From: Antedon mediterranea
Lineage: Eukaryota; Animalia; Echinodermata
Assembly: GCF_964355755.1 (NCBI RefSeq)
Contig: NC_092674.1
Coordinates: forward strand, 4,030,001 to 4,094,000
Length of the DNA stretch: 64,000 bases
Reading direction: 5' to 3'
Under the pieces are notes generated by a model. That model searched no databases. It was not told the DNA's origin and worked only from the letters and a program-made list of their open reading frames with translations. The position numbers and the translations under genes were made by a program. Positions 1 to 12,759 of this stretch are shown here, one piece after another (within the stretch, counting starts at the first letter, position 1; each line of letters opens with the position of its first letter).

Positions 1-136
1 CAATACATTTTGTGAAGTCTTTTTTTTCAATGGAGTACACCATGTAGGTAGACAGATGTATGTGGTAGTCACATGCAATGGTGATAGTGATTAATTATTG
101 ATTTATACCATCACATCAAACTATTACTTTCGTTAG

Positions 137-3100
137 GAGTGTCCGTGGCCGCAACAGACTTGGCAGGAAACCCAGAAACAGCTACATCAATACCAGAGAG
201 TTGTCAACAAGATAATGAAGACGACGACGATGATGATGAAGAAGCAGCAGATATGGATGGTATTATAGCAACAATTATGATAGTGATATGATATCATCAT
301 GTCCATATATGGGCACATCACATTTTTTTGTCACATAAAGTTTGATAGTGTAGACAGAGTTTTGCTCTTGTTGTTCTCCTTTGATAGGAAATTACAGTAC
401 TGTATACTGTATAAATAAGTAATACATGATCAGAATAACATTGTACAGTATCACTATGTTGATGCACTGGCAATCCAGGTGCATCAGAACTTGTACTACT
501 TCCTTGTTTTAATACTTTTCTATTTATCATTATAGAATATGTTGGCAGTGGAAAATTAGAAGAAGATGACGAAGATGAGGTAAGTTCTATTAGTTCAATT
601 GGTGGTGGGGGTTTGCTGTTTAGGGGTGGGGATTTTACGGGGCGGGGGCGGCTGTTTAGGGTGAAAGGTCTGCTGTTTAGGGGGGTGGGGAGTCGGCTTT
701 TTAGGGGTGGGGTCGGCTGTTTAGGGGTGTGGGGGGGCGCTGTTTAGGGGTGGGGGTCGGCTGTTTAGAGGTGGGGTCGTCTGTTTAGGGTGAAAGGTCT
801 ACTGTTTTGGTGTGGAGGGTTGGCTGTTTTTGTGTGGAGGGTTGGCTGTTTTTGTGTGGAGGGTTGGCTGTTTAGAGGTAGGGGTTGGCTGTTTAGGGGT
901 GGGGTCGGCTGTTTAGGGGTGGGGTCGGCTGTTTTGGTGTGGAGGGTTGGCTGTTTTAGGGTGGGGGTGGGGTTTGGCTGTTTAGGGTGGGGGGTGGGGA
1001 TTGGCTGTTTAGGGGTGGGGGTGGGGGTTGGCTGTTTAGGGGTGGGGGTTGGCTGTTTAGGGGTGGGGGTGGGGGTTGGCTGTTTAGGGGTGGGGTCGGC
1101 TGTTTAGGGGTGGGGTCAGCTGTTTAGGGTGAAAGGTCTGCTTTTAGGGGTGGAGAGTTTGCTGTTTAGGGGTGTGGGCAGCTGTTTAGTGGTGTGATAA
1201 TAGAAATAGTCGAGCAGTAGTATTGTGTTAAAAGAATTGATCTGTTTTTACCAGATCGTTCTGTAGGCTGCCATTTTGGTTTATTCTCGCATGCAATAAG
1301 CTTGAATCTCGTAGAATATGTGGCTATAGTGCACAAACCAAATAGTGTTATTATAATTTTAATGTAAATTTTCTTTTATTTGAAAGGCAACTTTAGATGC
1401 CAGTGCAGCAGCTGGTACTACAAGTGAAGGCGCTACAGGGGGAGTTGAAAATGGAATTCTACAAACAAGGACATACGATTTAAACATAACATATGATAGG
1501 TACTACCAAACACCTAGGCTTTGGTTGTATGGCTATGATGAGGTAATGACCCAAGTGGTTAAATAGTAGTATGAAGAATATCAGAACAGTTTAGATAGGC
1601 CTTTGCTTGTGGGTATTGGCCTGCGTGTATTTCCCTGTATGTCTCTGTGTTGCGTGTATGTCCCTATGTTGCGTGTATGTCCCTATGTTGCGTGTATGTC
1701 CCTGTGCGTGTATGTCCATGTGTTTCATTATGTGCCTCAGCCTGTACATCTCTGTGTTGCATCCTAGTGGAAACTATGCTTTAGTAAACCTTGTCCATAT
1801 ATGGGTACATCGCATTTGTTTTTCACATAAAGTTTGATAGTTTAGATTTATTTTAACAGTTGATAAATGTTCTATTTTAGAACCGAAAACCACTAACAGT
1901 TGAACAGATGTATGAAGACATTAGCCAAGACCATGCCAAGAAAACAGTTACCATGGAAACACATCCTAATTTACCACAGACGATGTGTTCAGTACACCCA
2001 TGCAGGTATGTCGCCCTCAAGCATTCGAGAGCTTCCTTCTCACAATTTATGAGGGCTCACTCTACAAATACACACTAGGAAAGACATTGTACACTAAATT
2101 GAGGCATTCTTATTAAAAAACAATGTCCCTGGATTTAGAATTCAGGGTTCAAAAATTCAACCTAGGAAAAGCAATTTACTAATAGAATTGTCATATGAAA
2201 ATGTAATTTAGAAATAATATCATTAGTTATAATTTTTGCCAATACAATACAGTCAACTCTCCCAATACCGGAGTGGAGTTGTGGCTTGGTGTTTTATGAT
2301 GCTTGGCTACCAATCCAAGGGTCCTGGGTTCAAGTCCTCCAATACAATACAGTCAACTCTCCCAATACCGGAGTGGAGTTGTGGCTTGGTGGTTTATGAT
2401 GCTTGGCTACCAATCGAAAGGTCCTGGGTTCAAGTCCTGTCATAATGTCAGGATTTTTTCTAATTATAAATTACTACTCCATTACAAGGACTTGTTTATG
2501 TAGATCATCTTGTTTATGTTTGTCTTGTGAACAGAACTGTCACATTTAAGAAGGATGGTGAATTTATTCACTTATTTTTATACTTTACAATTTGCCAACA
2601 AACAAAACCATTGAGCTGGGCTAATATGTCTGCTATTCTGAATGTTTTTTTAATGTAAAAGAATTTGGGAACCTTTTGTGTGTTTCCAGTTTAGAGAGTG
2701 CAGTATTGGAAGCATCGACTGTAATAATTTTAATAATTGTTTTTGTTATAGACATGCAGATGTAATGAAAAAGATTATTCACACTGTAGCTGACGGAGGT
2801 GGCGAGCTTGGGGTTCATTTGTATCCTTTTTGTATTTATATACTTTTTTTTAAATTGTTTTTCTTTATAACTTTCATAATACAGTACGGAACAAAAAAGG
2901 CAACAACAGACAAAAACCATCAAAGAAAAAAAATGCCACTTTAAAAACAGCCAGTTACAGTAACATTGACAAATATATTTATTATAAATAAATGTTCACA
3001 TTGTAGTCAAGCAAATAAACAATTTAAATGTTCCCGGTTATATATTGTACTACTTAATTTTATGTCATCATCTAAGTAAATGTTCAAGAATGATGATAAA

Positions 3101-4810
3101 AAAAATTATTTCATGTTTCATTTCTGTAATAACTTGGTTATGAACTAATTTCAATCATAAAACATGTCTTGAAATTTAACTTGAATATCTTGAAATTTAA
3201 CTCGAATATCTTGAAATTTAACTTGAATATCTTGAAATTTAATTTGAATATCTTGAAATTTAATTTGAATATCTTGAAATTTAATTTGAAGAAGTTGAAA
3301 TTTAACTTTAATATCTTTTGATATGAATAGTTTATTGACTCTCATCGTATGTTACAGTATTCTCATATAACACATATAAAACTAATAAAAACAGAACAAA
3401 TATAAATATTTACACACAAAAAGAAAAATTGATATGAATTAAGTAAATAATAACTCTTTAAAAGCAATTTTCCCCGTTTAAATCAATAAAGATTACCCAA
3501 CCCAAAGATTCTGTTCGCTAACTTAACACTGGTTAGGTAGTCTTCAAATGCCAAATAAGGTAATTTTAATTATCTGAGGCTGTTTGTAGGTTGTCTTGGG
3601 CTTAAAGTATTACAGATCTATATCTGTTATTCCTGACCTTTAGCTGTAATAACCTAATTTATAGCTTGTAGACAATCTTATATGTCAGTGTAATGCATGT
3701 ATATATAGCTATTTGAAATAATACATAGTATACTGTCGCCGCATTGCTTGTATCCGTAGGCAAGATACTTTACTTACGTTTGCCTCTCTCCACCCAGGTG
3801 TATAAATGGGTACCCGGTTTGATCAAGACACAACTTTGCGCTGATTACTAGCTGCATTATGGAAGTATGTTTCCATACGTTTTTGATCCCAAAAAAAATG
3901 ACTGGGGTAATAATGTTCAGTGCTTAGAGAAGCTTGCTTGTAGAGCGCTATATAAGAATGAACTATTATTATTATTATTGTCCACACTATCAAACTTTAT
4001 GTGACAACAAAAATGCGATGTGCACATATATAGACATGATGATGTCATGTTGCTACCATATTTGAGCATATCACTACCATATTTAGGTATATCACTACTA
4101 TATTTTTTTTGTCACAACTAGTTTGATAGTGTAGAGAAAGCTTAGGGATGGAGGCAGGGATTAGAATCAATTACCATCTTCATTGCAATGTGTAAACAAA
4201 TTAAATTTAAATGATTATATTTATGGGATTAAACCACTCAAAGAAATACAGTAATTGCTTTTTAATGTATTCCTGGTTATAATGTACAAATACCTATTCT
4301 AAGGATTAGTATTTTTGTATGACTACAGATTGTTAATTGTTTTTATGGAATAATATTCTCTGAGGTTACATAAAGCTCTGTCTAAAATATCAAACTTTAT
4401 GTGGAAAAAATTGTGATGTGATCATATATAGACATGATGATGTCATATCACTACCATATTTGGGCACATCACTACCATATATTGGCACATCATACTTTTT
4501 TGTCAAACTAGTTTGATAGTGTGGATAGAGCTTTATGTAACCTCAGAGTCTTTTAAGTGGTGTATTGTTTTGACTCCGGCTCCAAAACACCTGCTATAAG
4601 ACTTTGTTTATATTTATATTATTTGATTGAATTCACTTATTTCTTTAAAATTCTTCAATGAATAAGAATATTAATTACATTTTTTTCAGTTTATATAACA
4701 ATTGTATTCTTTAACAAGATTGTGATAGATATCTTTTGATTTTCTTGAAGTTTGTCCAAGCAGTAATTCCTACCATAGAATATGATTATACACGCCATTT
4801 TACAATGTAG
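137..4810 (+). CDS. ATG3: Autophagy E2-like conjugating enzyme ATG3, 3' portion (5' exons lie before the window). Exons 137-259, 536-579, 1387-1542, 1881-2005, 2752-2820, 4729-4810
   Basis: Spliced translation gives acidic region ...[17 protein letters not shown]..., [44 protein letters not shown], catalytic [15 protein letters not shown] and terminal [26 protein letters not shown], matching metazoan ATG3; all junctions GT..AG and phase-compatible. Confidence 0.96.
278..362 (-). mobile_element. MITE family M, partial copy
   Basis: Matches half of the 160-bp element, ending AGTTTGATAGTGTAGACAGAG. Confidence 0.8.
601..1195 (+). repeat. G-rich minisatellite (about 20-27 bp unit GGCTGTTTAGGGGTGGGGTC) in an ATG3 intron
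   Basis: Many degenerate tandem copies visible; explains spurious ORF 790-1107. Confidence 0.9.
1622..1718 (+). repeat. Short tandem repeat (about 19 bp GCGTGTATGTCCCTATGTT)
   Basis: Three to five degenerate copies. Confidence 0.75.
2240..2532 (+). mobile_element. tRNA-derived SINE (family A) with a tandem duplication of its 5' part plus flank (2240-2338, 2340-2438)
   Basis: A box TGGCTTGGTGG, B box GGTTCAAGTCC; body matches copies at 34100-34297 and 42927-43155. Confidence 0.8.
3165..3312 (+). repeat. 21-bp tandem repeat (TTGAATATCTTGAAATTTAAY)
   Basis: About 7 copies; explains ORF 3151-3345 (QIKFQDI repeats). Confidence 0.9.
3735..3978 (+). mobile_element. SINE fragment with CORE-like central domain and L2-type 3' tail
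   Basis: GGCAAGATACTTTAC...TGCCTCTCTCCACCCAGGTGTATAAATGGGTACC resembles the CORE/MIR domain; ends AGCGCTATATAAG...(ATT)n like the L2 tail at 21618-21650. Confidence 0.65.
3979..4143 (+). mobile_element. MITE family M copy
   Basis: CACTATCAAACT...AGTTTGATAGTG terminal inverted repeats; internal CATATCACTACCATATTT repeats. Confidence 0.85.
4373..4533 (+). mobile_element. MITE family M copy, TA-flanked
   Basis: TIR AAGCTCTGTCT...ATAGAGCTT with TA on both sides. Confidence 0.88.
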
Positions 4811-5639
4811 GTAGTTACCCCTTCCACTCCCTTCCTTGTCACTCTCCCTATCTCACATTGTAAGGTACAGTCTGCAAATTTTAAGTTTGTGCTTTACTCC
4901 CTCCCGTCCCGTTAAACCGGTGGTTACGCGATTATTACAATATGTAAGGTACAGTCTGCGGATGCAAGGTTACGGTTGTGCTTTACTTCCGTCTTGCACG
5001 TTGAACTGGTGGTTATGCAATTATTATGTATGGATCGCATTTTGGATATAACTTTATCATCATCATTATTAATTTTGGCATCACCATTAAATATCCTATC
5101 CATATCCAATTTTTGGAATAAAATTAATTGAAAATAATCATTCTAGTACAAAATAATATAATAATATAGAATTGGAGTTGGAAACAGATGCTGGAAATAT
5201 TGTGTAATATTAAAGCATTATTATGTTATTGGTAATATCATTTATCAAGTAAATCATTTCTAAAAAATTACTTGATAAGTCTGTAATTGATTAACAATTC
5301 TCTAATTCCAAATCTTTAAAATGGTACAATGTCTTCCTAATTTCTCTGTATGTACAGGATATGATTTTGATTGGTATTGGTTTTAATATTACGAGGTAAA
5401 CAAATGATTTTTGATGTAAGGCTTAAAGGATGTAGATATAATAAGCCTACACACAGTATAATGGTGATCCTATATACTGTTGTACATGTTAAAGTGAAAC
5501 ACTGTATATGTGTATGTGCGCTGTGTATTGCTGTACACAATTGTATGTCTGTGCAATCTAGTTTTGACTACTATTGGGCAACTATGTACATTATTGTACT
5601 GGTTTTTTTATACTGAAGTGCACTATTTTATGTGGACTA

Positions 5640-5810
5640 AAGCTCTGTCTACACTATCAAACTTTATTTAAAAAAATGTGATGTGCACATATATGGACAT
5701 GATGATGTCATATCACTACCATATTCAGGCATATCAATACCATGTTTGGGAACACACACTTTTTTTGTCAAACTAGTTTTGTCAAGCTAGTTTGAGTGTA
5801 GACAGAGCTT
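5640..5810 (+). mobile_element. MITE family M copy, TA-flanked
   Basis: TIR AAGCTCTGTCTACAC...GTGTAGACAGAGCTT. Confidence 0.88.
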
Positions 5811-6264
5811 TATAGGATGTCTCCATGTGGCCCTGAACAACTCTTATATACCATAGCAACTCTACGTGTTGTCTAGTATACGTATTCAACTCCATCGATG
5901 TCAAGTACAGTATATCTATATCAAAGACAAAAAGCTATTAGATTTCCTGGAATACTGTACACTATAATTGTGTTAAGTAGTGAGTGTGTGACATTAACAG
6001 AATTTCCACTTAAGACATGTCATTTACTAGGGTGTGTACTAAGTGACTGGTTAAGTGATTTTAAGTGAGTTAATTAATGTCACTTGTATGGAATAGAAGG
6101 TAAGGTGCTTGCCTATCAATTCCAGTGCACTGGTTCAATCCTGTCTTTTTTTCTCCCAAGGTTATAGCTCATATTATTAGTAGTTAACTTAAGTAATTCC
6201 AACTTATATTATGATTCGATTTTTCTACTCAATCGTGTTTCCCATTTTCGGAATCCATGTGTCC

Positions 6265-6383
6265 ATCTCTAAAGTTTGACAAAAATAATGTGATGTCCAA
6301 ACATGGTAGTATTATGACATCATCCATATATGGCATATTACATTTTTTTTGTCACATAACGTTTGATAGTATAGACAGAGTTT
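6265..6383 (-). mobile_element. MITE family M, degenerate copy
   Basis: Reverse-orientation match ending GTTTGATAGTATAGACAGAG. Confidence 0.75.
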
Positions 6384-8016
6384 TAAACCTCAATGGATGT
6401 GTATCAAATATTACATGGTAATTGCTCAGTATATTTCCACTTATGTATTAACTGCAAAAGTATTAGTTGTAGTGTAGAATTTAAATAAGATTAATATTTT
6501 AATAAAAACACCCAATTCACAATCAATTGACTGAATTACATATACAATTTAGTTACTCATCTAAAAATAGAAAAATTGATGTAGCTGGCTTAGTAGACAC
6601 TAATAAATTTATTGTAAATTATGTAAATTATAGTAAGACTTTAATGGTATCTTTATTCAGCTCTTAAAATTCTAGGCCAAAGTTCAACACATTAATGGAA
6701 TAAATTGTAAAAGATAACTTTTTTTTCATCATACCACCATCTTGCATTTAAGTCTGTTTCCTTCCCACATGTTCTTTCTTCATCTAACTGCAAGAGGCTC
6801 CTACAAGAACAGAACATGATTTATTTATTTTTTCATACATGAGATCCACAAATGATATCGGACGCACTGAGTGAAATTTTCCAATTCATGTTTCTAAAAA
6901 ACATTGATTAAAAGCACAGTGGTGTCTAACTCGTGTTCCAATCAATAGACCACAGCAATAGACATTAGCAATAGACAGTCAATAATAATTGTGTTTACAT
7001 CGACTACACACTATATGTATCGGGTAACTAATCATTACAGATAAATATGTACATTCATTTCATTTATAGATTAAAATGTTTATGGTAACTCATGACAAAA
7101 TTAGCACTGACTTTAGCTTCCAATTAAATTTCCTAAAAAAAGATATTACAATGTTATAAATATCTAACCGAGATTAAAACTCATACTACCATAATACTTA
7201 TTATGATTAAATATTATTTTCGTTGTGGTATGATGAAACATCAAAAAAAAATTTTAAAAATTGTGTATAAACAAACATAAAATGCCATTTTATCAAAACA
7301 CCTCTATTCAAGGGACATGGAAACTTTGTTAGATCCTGAAGGTGTCCCCTTTATGGGGTTTTCCTGTACAATATAACTAATCAGTGGTGGATCCCAGATT
7401 TTTAAATAAGGTGTGGTGGGGGGGGGGGTGGGGAACCCAGGGCCTAAAAATAGTTAAATAAAGGAATAAAGGCCTGAGCCTAATTTTAATGTCCTATATT
7501 TTTCTCCTGCTAATAAAATAATATGCATCAGGTTTTTGATTTTGCAGGTTTTTTTTAGTTGTCTATAAATGTATTAATAGATAATAATTCACTGATAGTC
7601 TATATGCTACACAAATGCAATAGAAGTAGAAAATAGCTACCCTACTTTAATAATTAAATGTTCTATTTAATTACTCAGAAATGTATTTTGATTTATGTTA
7701 TTATTTTGTCATTATTAAGATGAGTTCTACAGAATCATTAATGTATTATTTTTAGTGGAATTTGTCTAAAAAATGTTTCTTAATATTTTTAGTTTTCCTT
7801 CTACGATATTTAGTGATTTTTTATATTTATTCTGTTGGTTATTAGTTGATCTGTACAATAAAGGTATATATTCTAAATGAAATTATAATTGTTTCATACT
7901 TTTAGTCAAGAGACTAATAATAAATTGTGAAAAATAAAACATGAAAAATGTCTGGAATATTTTTTTTATGTGAGTTGACAGAGGAAGATTCAGTTGAGGG
8001 GAGAAAGGCTAGCCTT

Positions 8017-8174
8017 AAGCTCTGTCTACACTATAAAACTTTATGTGACAAAATCATGTGATGTGCCCATATATGGACATGATATCATTTCACCATATTT
8101 AAGCATATCACTACTATATTTGGGCACATTACACTTTTTTTTGTCAAACTAGTTTGACAATGTATACAGAGCTT
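8017..8174 (+). mobile_element. MITE family M copy
   Basis: TIR AAGCTCTGTCTACAC...TGTATACAGAGCTT. Confidence 0.88.
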
Positions 8175-8441
8175 TAGGTGGTGAGGGGAGGGGTGTTCTA
8201 GGGGAATTCACCTCATTTTTTGACAGCTAAATAAATTAATCTATGATCTACTTTTTTATATCTATTATTTAAGCGCGCAGCTACCCTTATTTCAAATTCC
8301 TGGATGTGCGTCATGTGAGATCTTTGCGTCGATATGTTGCAGTTTAAAGTCTCCTAAAGATTCAACCAATCAGAACACAGATTAGTTTTTTCAGCCACAC
8401 TCTCCTTCCGCGCGGCGGCAAAAAGCAGACGACACATACAG

Positions 8442-10197
8442 CAGGCCCGTATCCAGGGGGGGTGCGTTGGGTGCAGACGCACCCCCCCCAAGTCCCAAAA
8501 GGTCCACTATTTCCTCGGTTGGTATTTTTTCTTGTCTTGTTTAACTAAAGACAATATCATTATATATATACAAAATTTACATTATCAATGGTATACAAAC
8601 AAAAATATGCTAATATAAAATGAAAAAATACCGGTAATTACAAACTCGATGTAAAACATGCGCAGTCGATCATGTGACGACAAGCAATAGCTTAGCGCTT
8701 CATGTACGCGGTACGCGGTAAAGTGTTTGCTGGAGAAATACAACTTAACGTCAGGGAACACGTGTACTTTTTGTCGGGGAATATAATATACAGTAAAAAG
8801 CGTTCGCGTTCACTTCGTAGCTAGCTTCAGCGCCTAGAAAACCGCGACGTTTCATTGACCGTGAGAGTACGTCAGAGTGATATGTATTATGCACTTTATA
8901 TGCATTCATTATTGCCAGCGATCTAACTTACTACTAAACAATAGCTAGGTACGCACTTGTCTGGCGGTATCCCTTTGTACGAATCGTTCAACGTTGGGTC
9001 GAGACGCGTGATATCAAGTTTCATCCAGGGACCAAAATGTGTAATGTGTTATTTTCCAGGCGAAGTTTACCGACGGTTACGTCGTGTACTGCGTCGACGT
9101 ACGCTACACTACAGCAAAAACGAATTATGTTAATTGTTCGTTTGTTCACCAATTTTTTAATTTACAAGTAACCTTCTGTACCGTGGGGCACCTAAAATAA
9201 ATTTTTCATCCATTACTAAACAAAAAAACATGCCATTTTCGCTTAGCCAACATTATAGCTATAGTTATTACATTTTCAATATCCTGTATGTCATGAATTT
9301 CTCACCACTCGGAAGTCCAGATGGTACGCATGCATACACCTGGGAGGAATAAACTTTTTTCCCCGACTGAAAAAGGTCTACGCTTGCGTTTTTTAAGCCT
9401 CTAGGCCTGATGTTTCCAAAGTATAAAATGCAATTTTTTGAAGACCTGCAGCTCTAGTTTTAAACATTTTCTTAGCTCAGCCCCAACAATAAAGCTGGTC
9501 ATATTTCGAAGAACAAGAAGTACATTTTCCGGGACCTAACATCTCTATTTTTCAAGCATTTCTTAGCTCAGTCACAACCCATGATAGGGACTTATATATT
9601 TTTTTTCATGTTTTGAAGTATAATAAGTCCAATTTCCGGGACCTCCAACTCTATTTTTCTAAATTTTCTTTGAACTTTTATTTTTTAAATTGAAAAATAT
9701 GGATTGAAACAGTCATCGCGCATCGTTTTTTTGCACGCAGTATTTTATTTATGCATTATAAAAAATGGAAAAAATGGCTACCCTAAATCTGATTAAAAAG
9801 ACCTCAAATGACGCTAGAACGCGTTGCTTCCGGGGGCTTCGCCCCCTGGACCCACCGGGGGCCCTTGGCGGCCCCTGGCCCTCAGCCTAGTGATGCTCGC
9901 TTCGCTCGCATAGCCCCCTCGTCGGGGAATGTAGCCCCCGCGTCGGGAAGATCCTGGCGCCACCCCTGCTGAGTTGGCCTCATCATGAAAGCGTTAAGTT
10001 CTGGTGTCCATCGTTCAACTAGCCCAAGCCACAACAGAGAGTCTTACATCAGTCTTTAGAACGTCAAATAACGCAAATTTTTCCAGGGCCTTCGGCCCCT
10101 GGACCCTGACCGGGGGCCCTTGGCGGCCCCCTGGCCCCCAGCCATTGTTGCTCGCTTCGCTCGCACCCCCCCATTATAAATGCTGCATACGGGCCTG
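8442..10197. mobile_element. Non-autonomous DNA transposon, hAT-like termini, 5-bp target duplication
   Basis: TIR CAGGCCCGTATCCAG / CTGCATACGGGCCTG (14 of 15 match), flanked by TACAG on both sides; GC-rich subterminal repeats at 9831-9910 and 10085-10165; no transposase ORF. Confidence 0.8.
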
Positions 10198-12759
10198 TAC
10201 AGTGTGAGTAAGTACAACAAGTAAAGTACAAACGCAGATGAAAACTATTTATTCCCAGTTTATTTGAGGAAAATATTGCTTATGGAATGTTACTACAAAA
10301 TGTAAAGATCACTACCAGGCAGTCAATTACTGCAAACCTGGGAGCAGAAGCCGGTATGTTCATAATGAAAATTTAGGCCTGGCTATTGGGGTCTGACTGA
10401 GAATGAAGGAGACTTGGCTTGCTTGTTTGGAGGCTGGTGATGTACTAACTAGACATCTTTGCTCCAATTGCATTATAGGCCTAGATAGTAGTCCTATATG
10501 AGTAGGATAACATTAAGTAGCTTGGTCTATGTTCTAAGTCCATTGTCTTTATAAAAGCCTCAGAAGTTGTACATTTTATCAAAACAAATCTATGTATGCA
10601 TATGCTAGGCCTAGTAGGCCTACTAGGCCTAATTCATAAAATATCAATCAATCTTGCAGCTTACTTCAGCAGCCATAACTTATTTATGATTTTTGTTATT
10701 TTATAGGCATGTCATAACATTCACATTTTTTCTTACTATTTCTACTCTAATATGAGTTTCTAAGCCATTGCAATATAACATCCTTTCACATGAACATAAT
10801 GTTAACACAGGTTTAGATCAAAATAATGTTATAAATGTCATAGTGTGTGGGGATATTGCATGCATAGCCCCAAGAGACAGTATTAGGGTCAAATAAAGTA
10901 AAACACAGTGAGGTACAGTATTAAATATAGTAACAGCCTTATGAAATCTTGTTCAGAAAATATTCTTGATTATCATCACAATACTCAATTGCTCTTGATG
11001 CAAAACCAACTTCAAAGTAGTTAAATTAAATTATTATCCTGATCTCGAGAAGTTACATGTATAGGCTAAACCAAACAAAAACCTCTATCAGATCAGAAGT
11101 CTTATTCAAATCATTTCCACACTGAATACAAATTCATCTTCTCCAGCACGATATTTATATCTTAATTTTTTCCACCACAACATTTACATCTCCGCATCTC
11201 ATTACACGTGCGTCTTGTATACATAAAACAGACGGGGCACCCTAGATCTCCTCTTCTCATAAATGACATCATTTCTTTATGTTATAAATATTATGTTAAG
11301 TATTGTACATTATTATTATAGCAATTTCAGTATGTTATAAAACATTTTATATCGTAAACCATTATATGAGTATGTATATGACATCATTTCAAACAGACAT
11401 ACATGAATAATAAAATGTTGGAATCATTTTATACATTTTTAATAACATTTTATAATTATATAACATATAGTACATTTTATAATAGTATAACAATGTTATA
11501 ATTAGGAAAAAAAAAATGTGGCAGTCTAAAACAAAAAATTTGTGAAAATTGAGACATCAACAGTGTGCATCAATATACTGTAGAATATTTTATGTTATAT
11601 AACACCTAAATAAATTCCTGTCATTTGATTGGACGATTGTGGGTCACATGCCGTGCAATAGTATGCACTATTAAACGATGATTATTTGTATATTAGTTCA
11701 TCTTAAAATTGGAAATCTTTAAATAGTTTGTGTCACATTTTAAAATTTATTTCCATAGTTGAATTGTAAAGAATAAATCATTAAGAGTTATTTAGGACAA
11801 ATTCATTTCCTTAAGAAACATTTATAACATTTATAGACACAATAATAATGGACTGTAATAAGGTACTGAAAAGGCAATTATTATAACTTTAATATAACCC
11901 TAAAAAACATATTTTAATATTTAATATTACAAATGGTATTTTTGTATAAAATTTAATTTTCAACAATAAAAACAAAACACAGTCAAGAGAATTGATTTTA
12001 AAAAACGTTTAGATTTCAAGTATTCATAACATGTAAAGAAAACAATTATTACATTTTAATCAAAACTTGCCATACATCCTCGGGGGATTTCTTTTATTAA
12101 AATCGTTAAAACATTGTATTATTGCTAATAAAATATTACTTTCTACTAAACACAATAATAAATCCTATGAGAAATGTCTTTATTGAAATCATTAAAACAT
12201 TACAAAGGCTATGATGAAAATTGATAAATTCCCTACATACATAAAATACGCATTTTCTACTAAAGAAAAATCATTATTCTATACCTCTAGCTATACCAGA
12301 ACATTCAGGTGAGAGAGAGAGAGAAGTTAACGCTTTATTTCTCTCACATTTTCTAAATTTGGATGCGTCCAACACTTTTCATAATCGTAAAAGCATTACA
12401 AGATATTACCATGAGGAAAATTAATGAACCAACAATTCAATCTCTATATCAATGTTTACGTTATTGGATATTACAGTATGCATAATATACAGTATCTTTG
12501 CTAATAATCTTACTTACAGAACTTAAGATAAACATGAAATGAAAATAATATGTTCTGTTTTTGTTTAATGTAATCATCAAGGATTCCGTAGAATCTTATA
12601 CTTTCGTTAGGCTGTTTATTATAGATGATGTAAACAATCTTTAACAATTTATTTTTAAACCTATCACAATAAATGTCACATTTTTGTTTAACATATAAAC
12701 AGATTTATAGTGATTAGTGGCACAAGCTGCCTTCTGGTTACTAATAATAACATCAGTAA

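Larger units (their letters stand above)
2821..4728 (+). other. U12-type (minor spliceosome) GT-AG intron, last intron of ATG3
   Basis: 5' site GTATCCTTT at 2821; branch site TTCTTTAAC at 4707-4715 about 13 nt before the AG (4727-4728); no polypyrimidine tract. Confidence 0.9.

Noticed and set aside
790-1107. 105-aa Gly/Val/Cys-rich ORF
   Set aside because: Translation of the G-rich minisatellite inside an ATG3 intron
2273-2440. Possible tRNA genes (also 34100, 42927, 63264)
   Set aside because: A/B boxes are followed by shared SINE bodies and tails; no complete cloverleaf
3151-3345. Repetitive 64-aa ORF
   Set aside because: Translation of a 21-bp tandem repeat
10238-10355. Possible exon encoding FEENIAYG (ABC-transporter-like)
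   Set aside because: Short match only, no other ABC motifs or partner exons found
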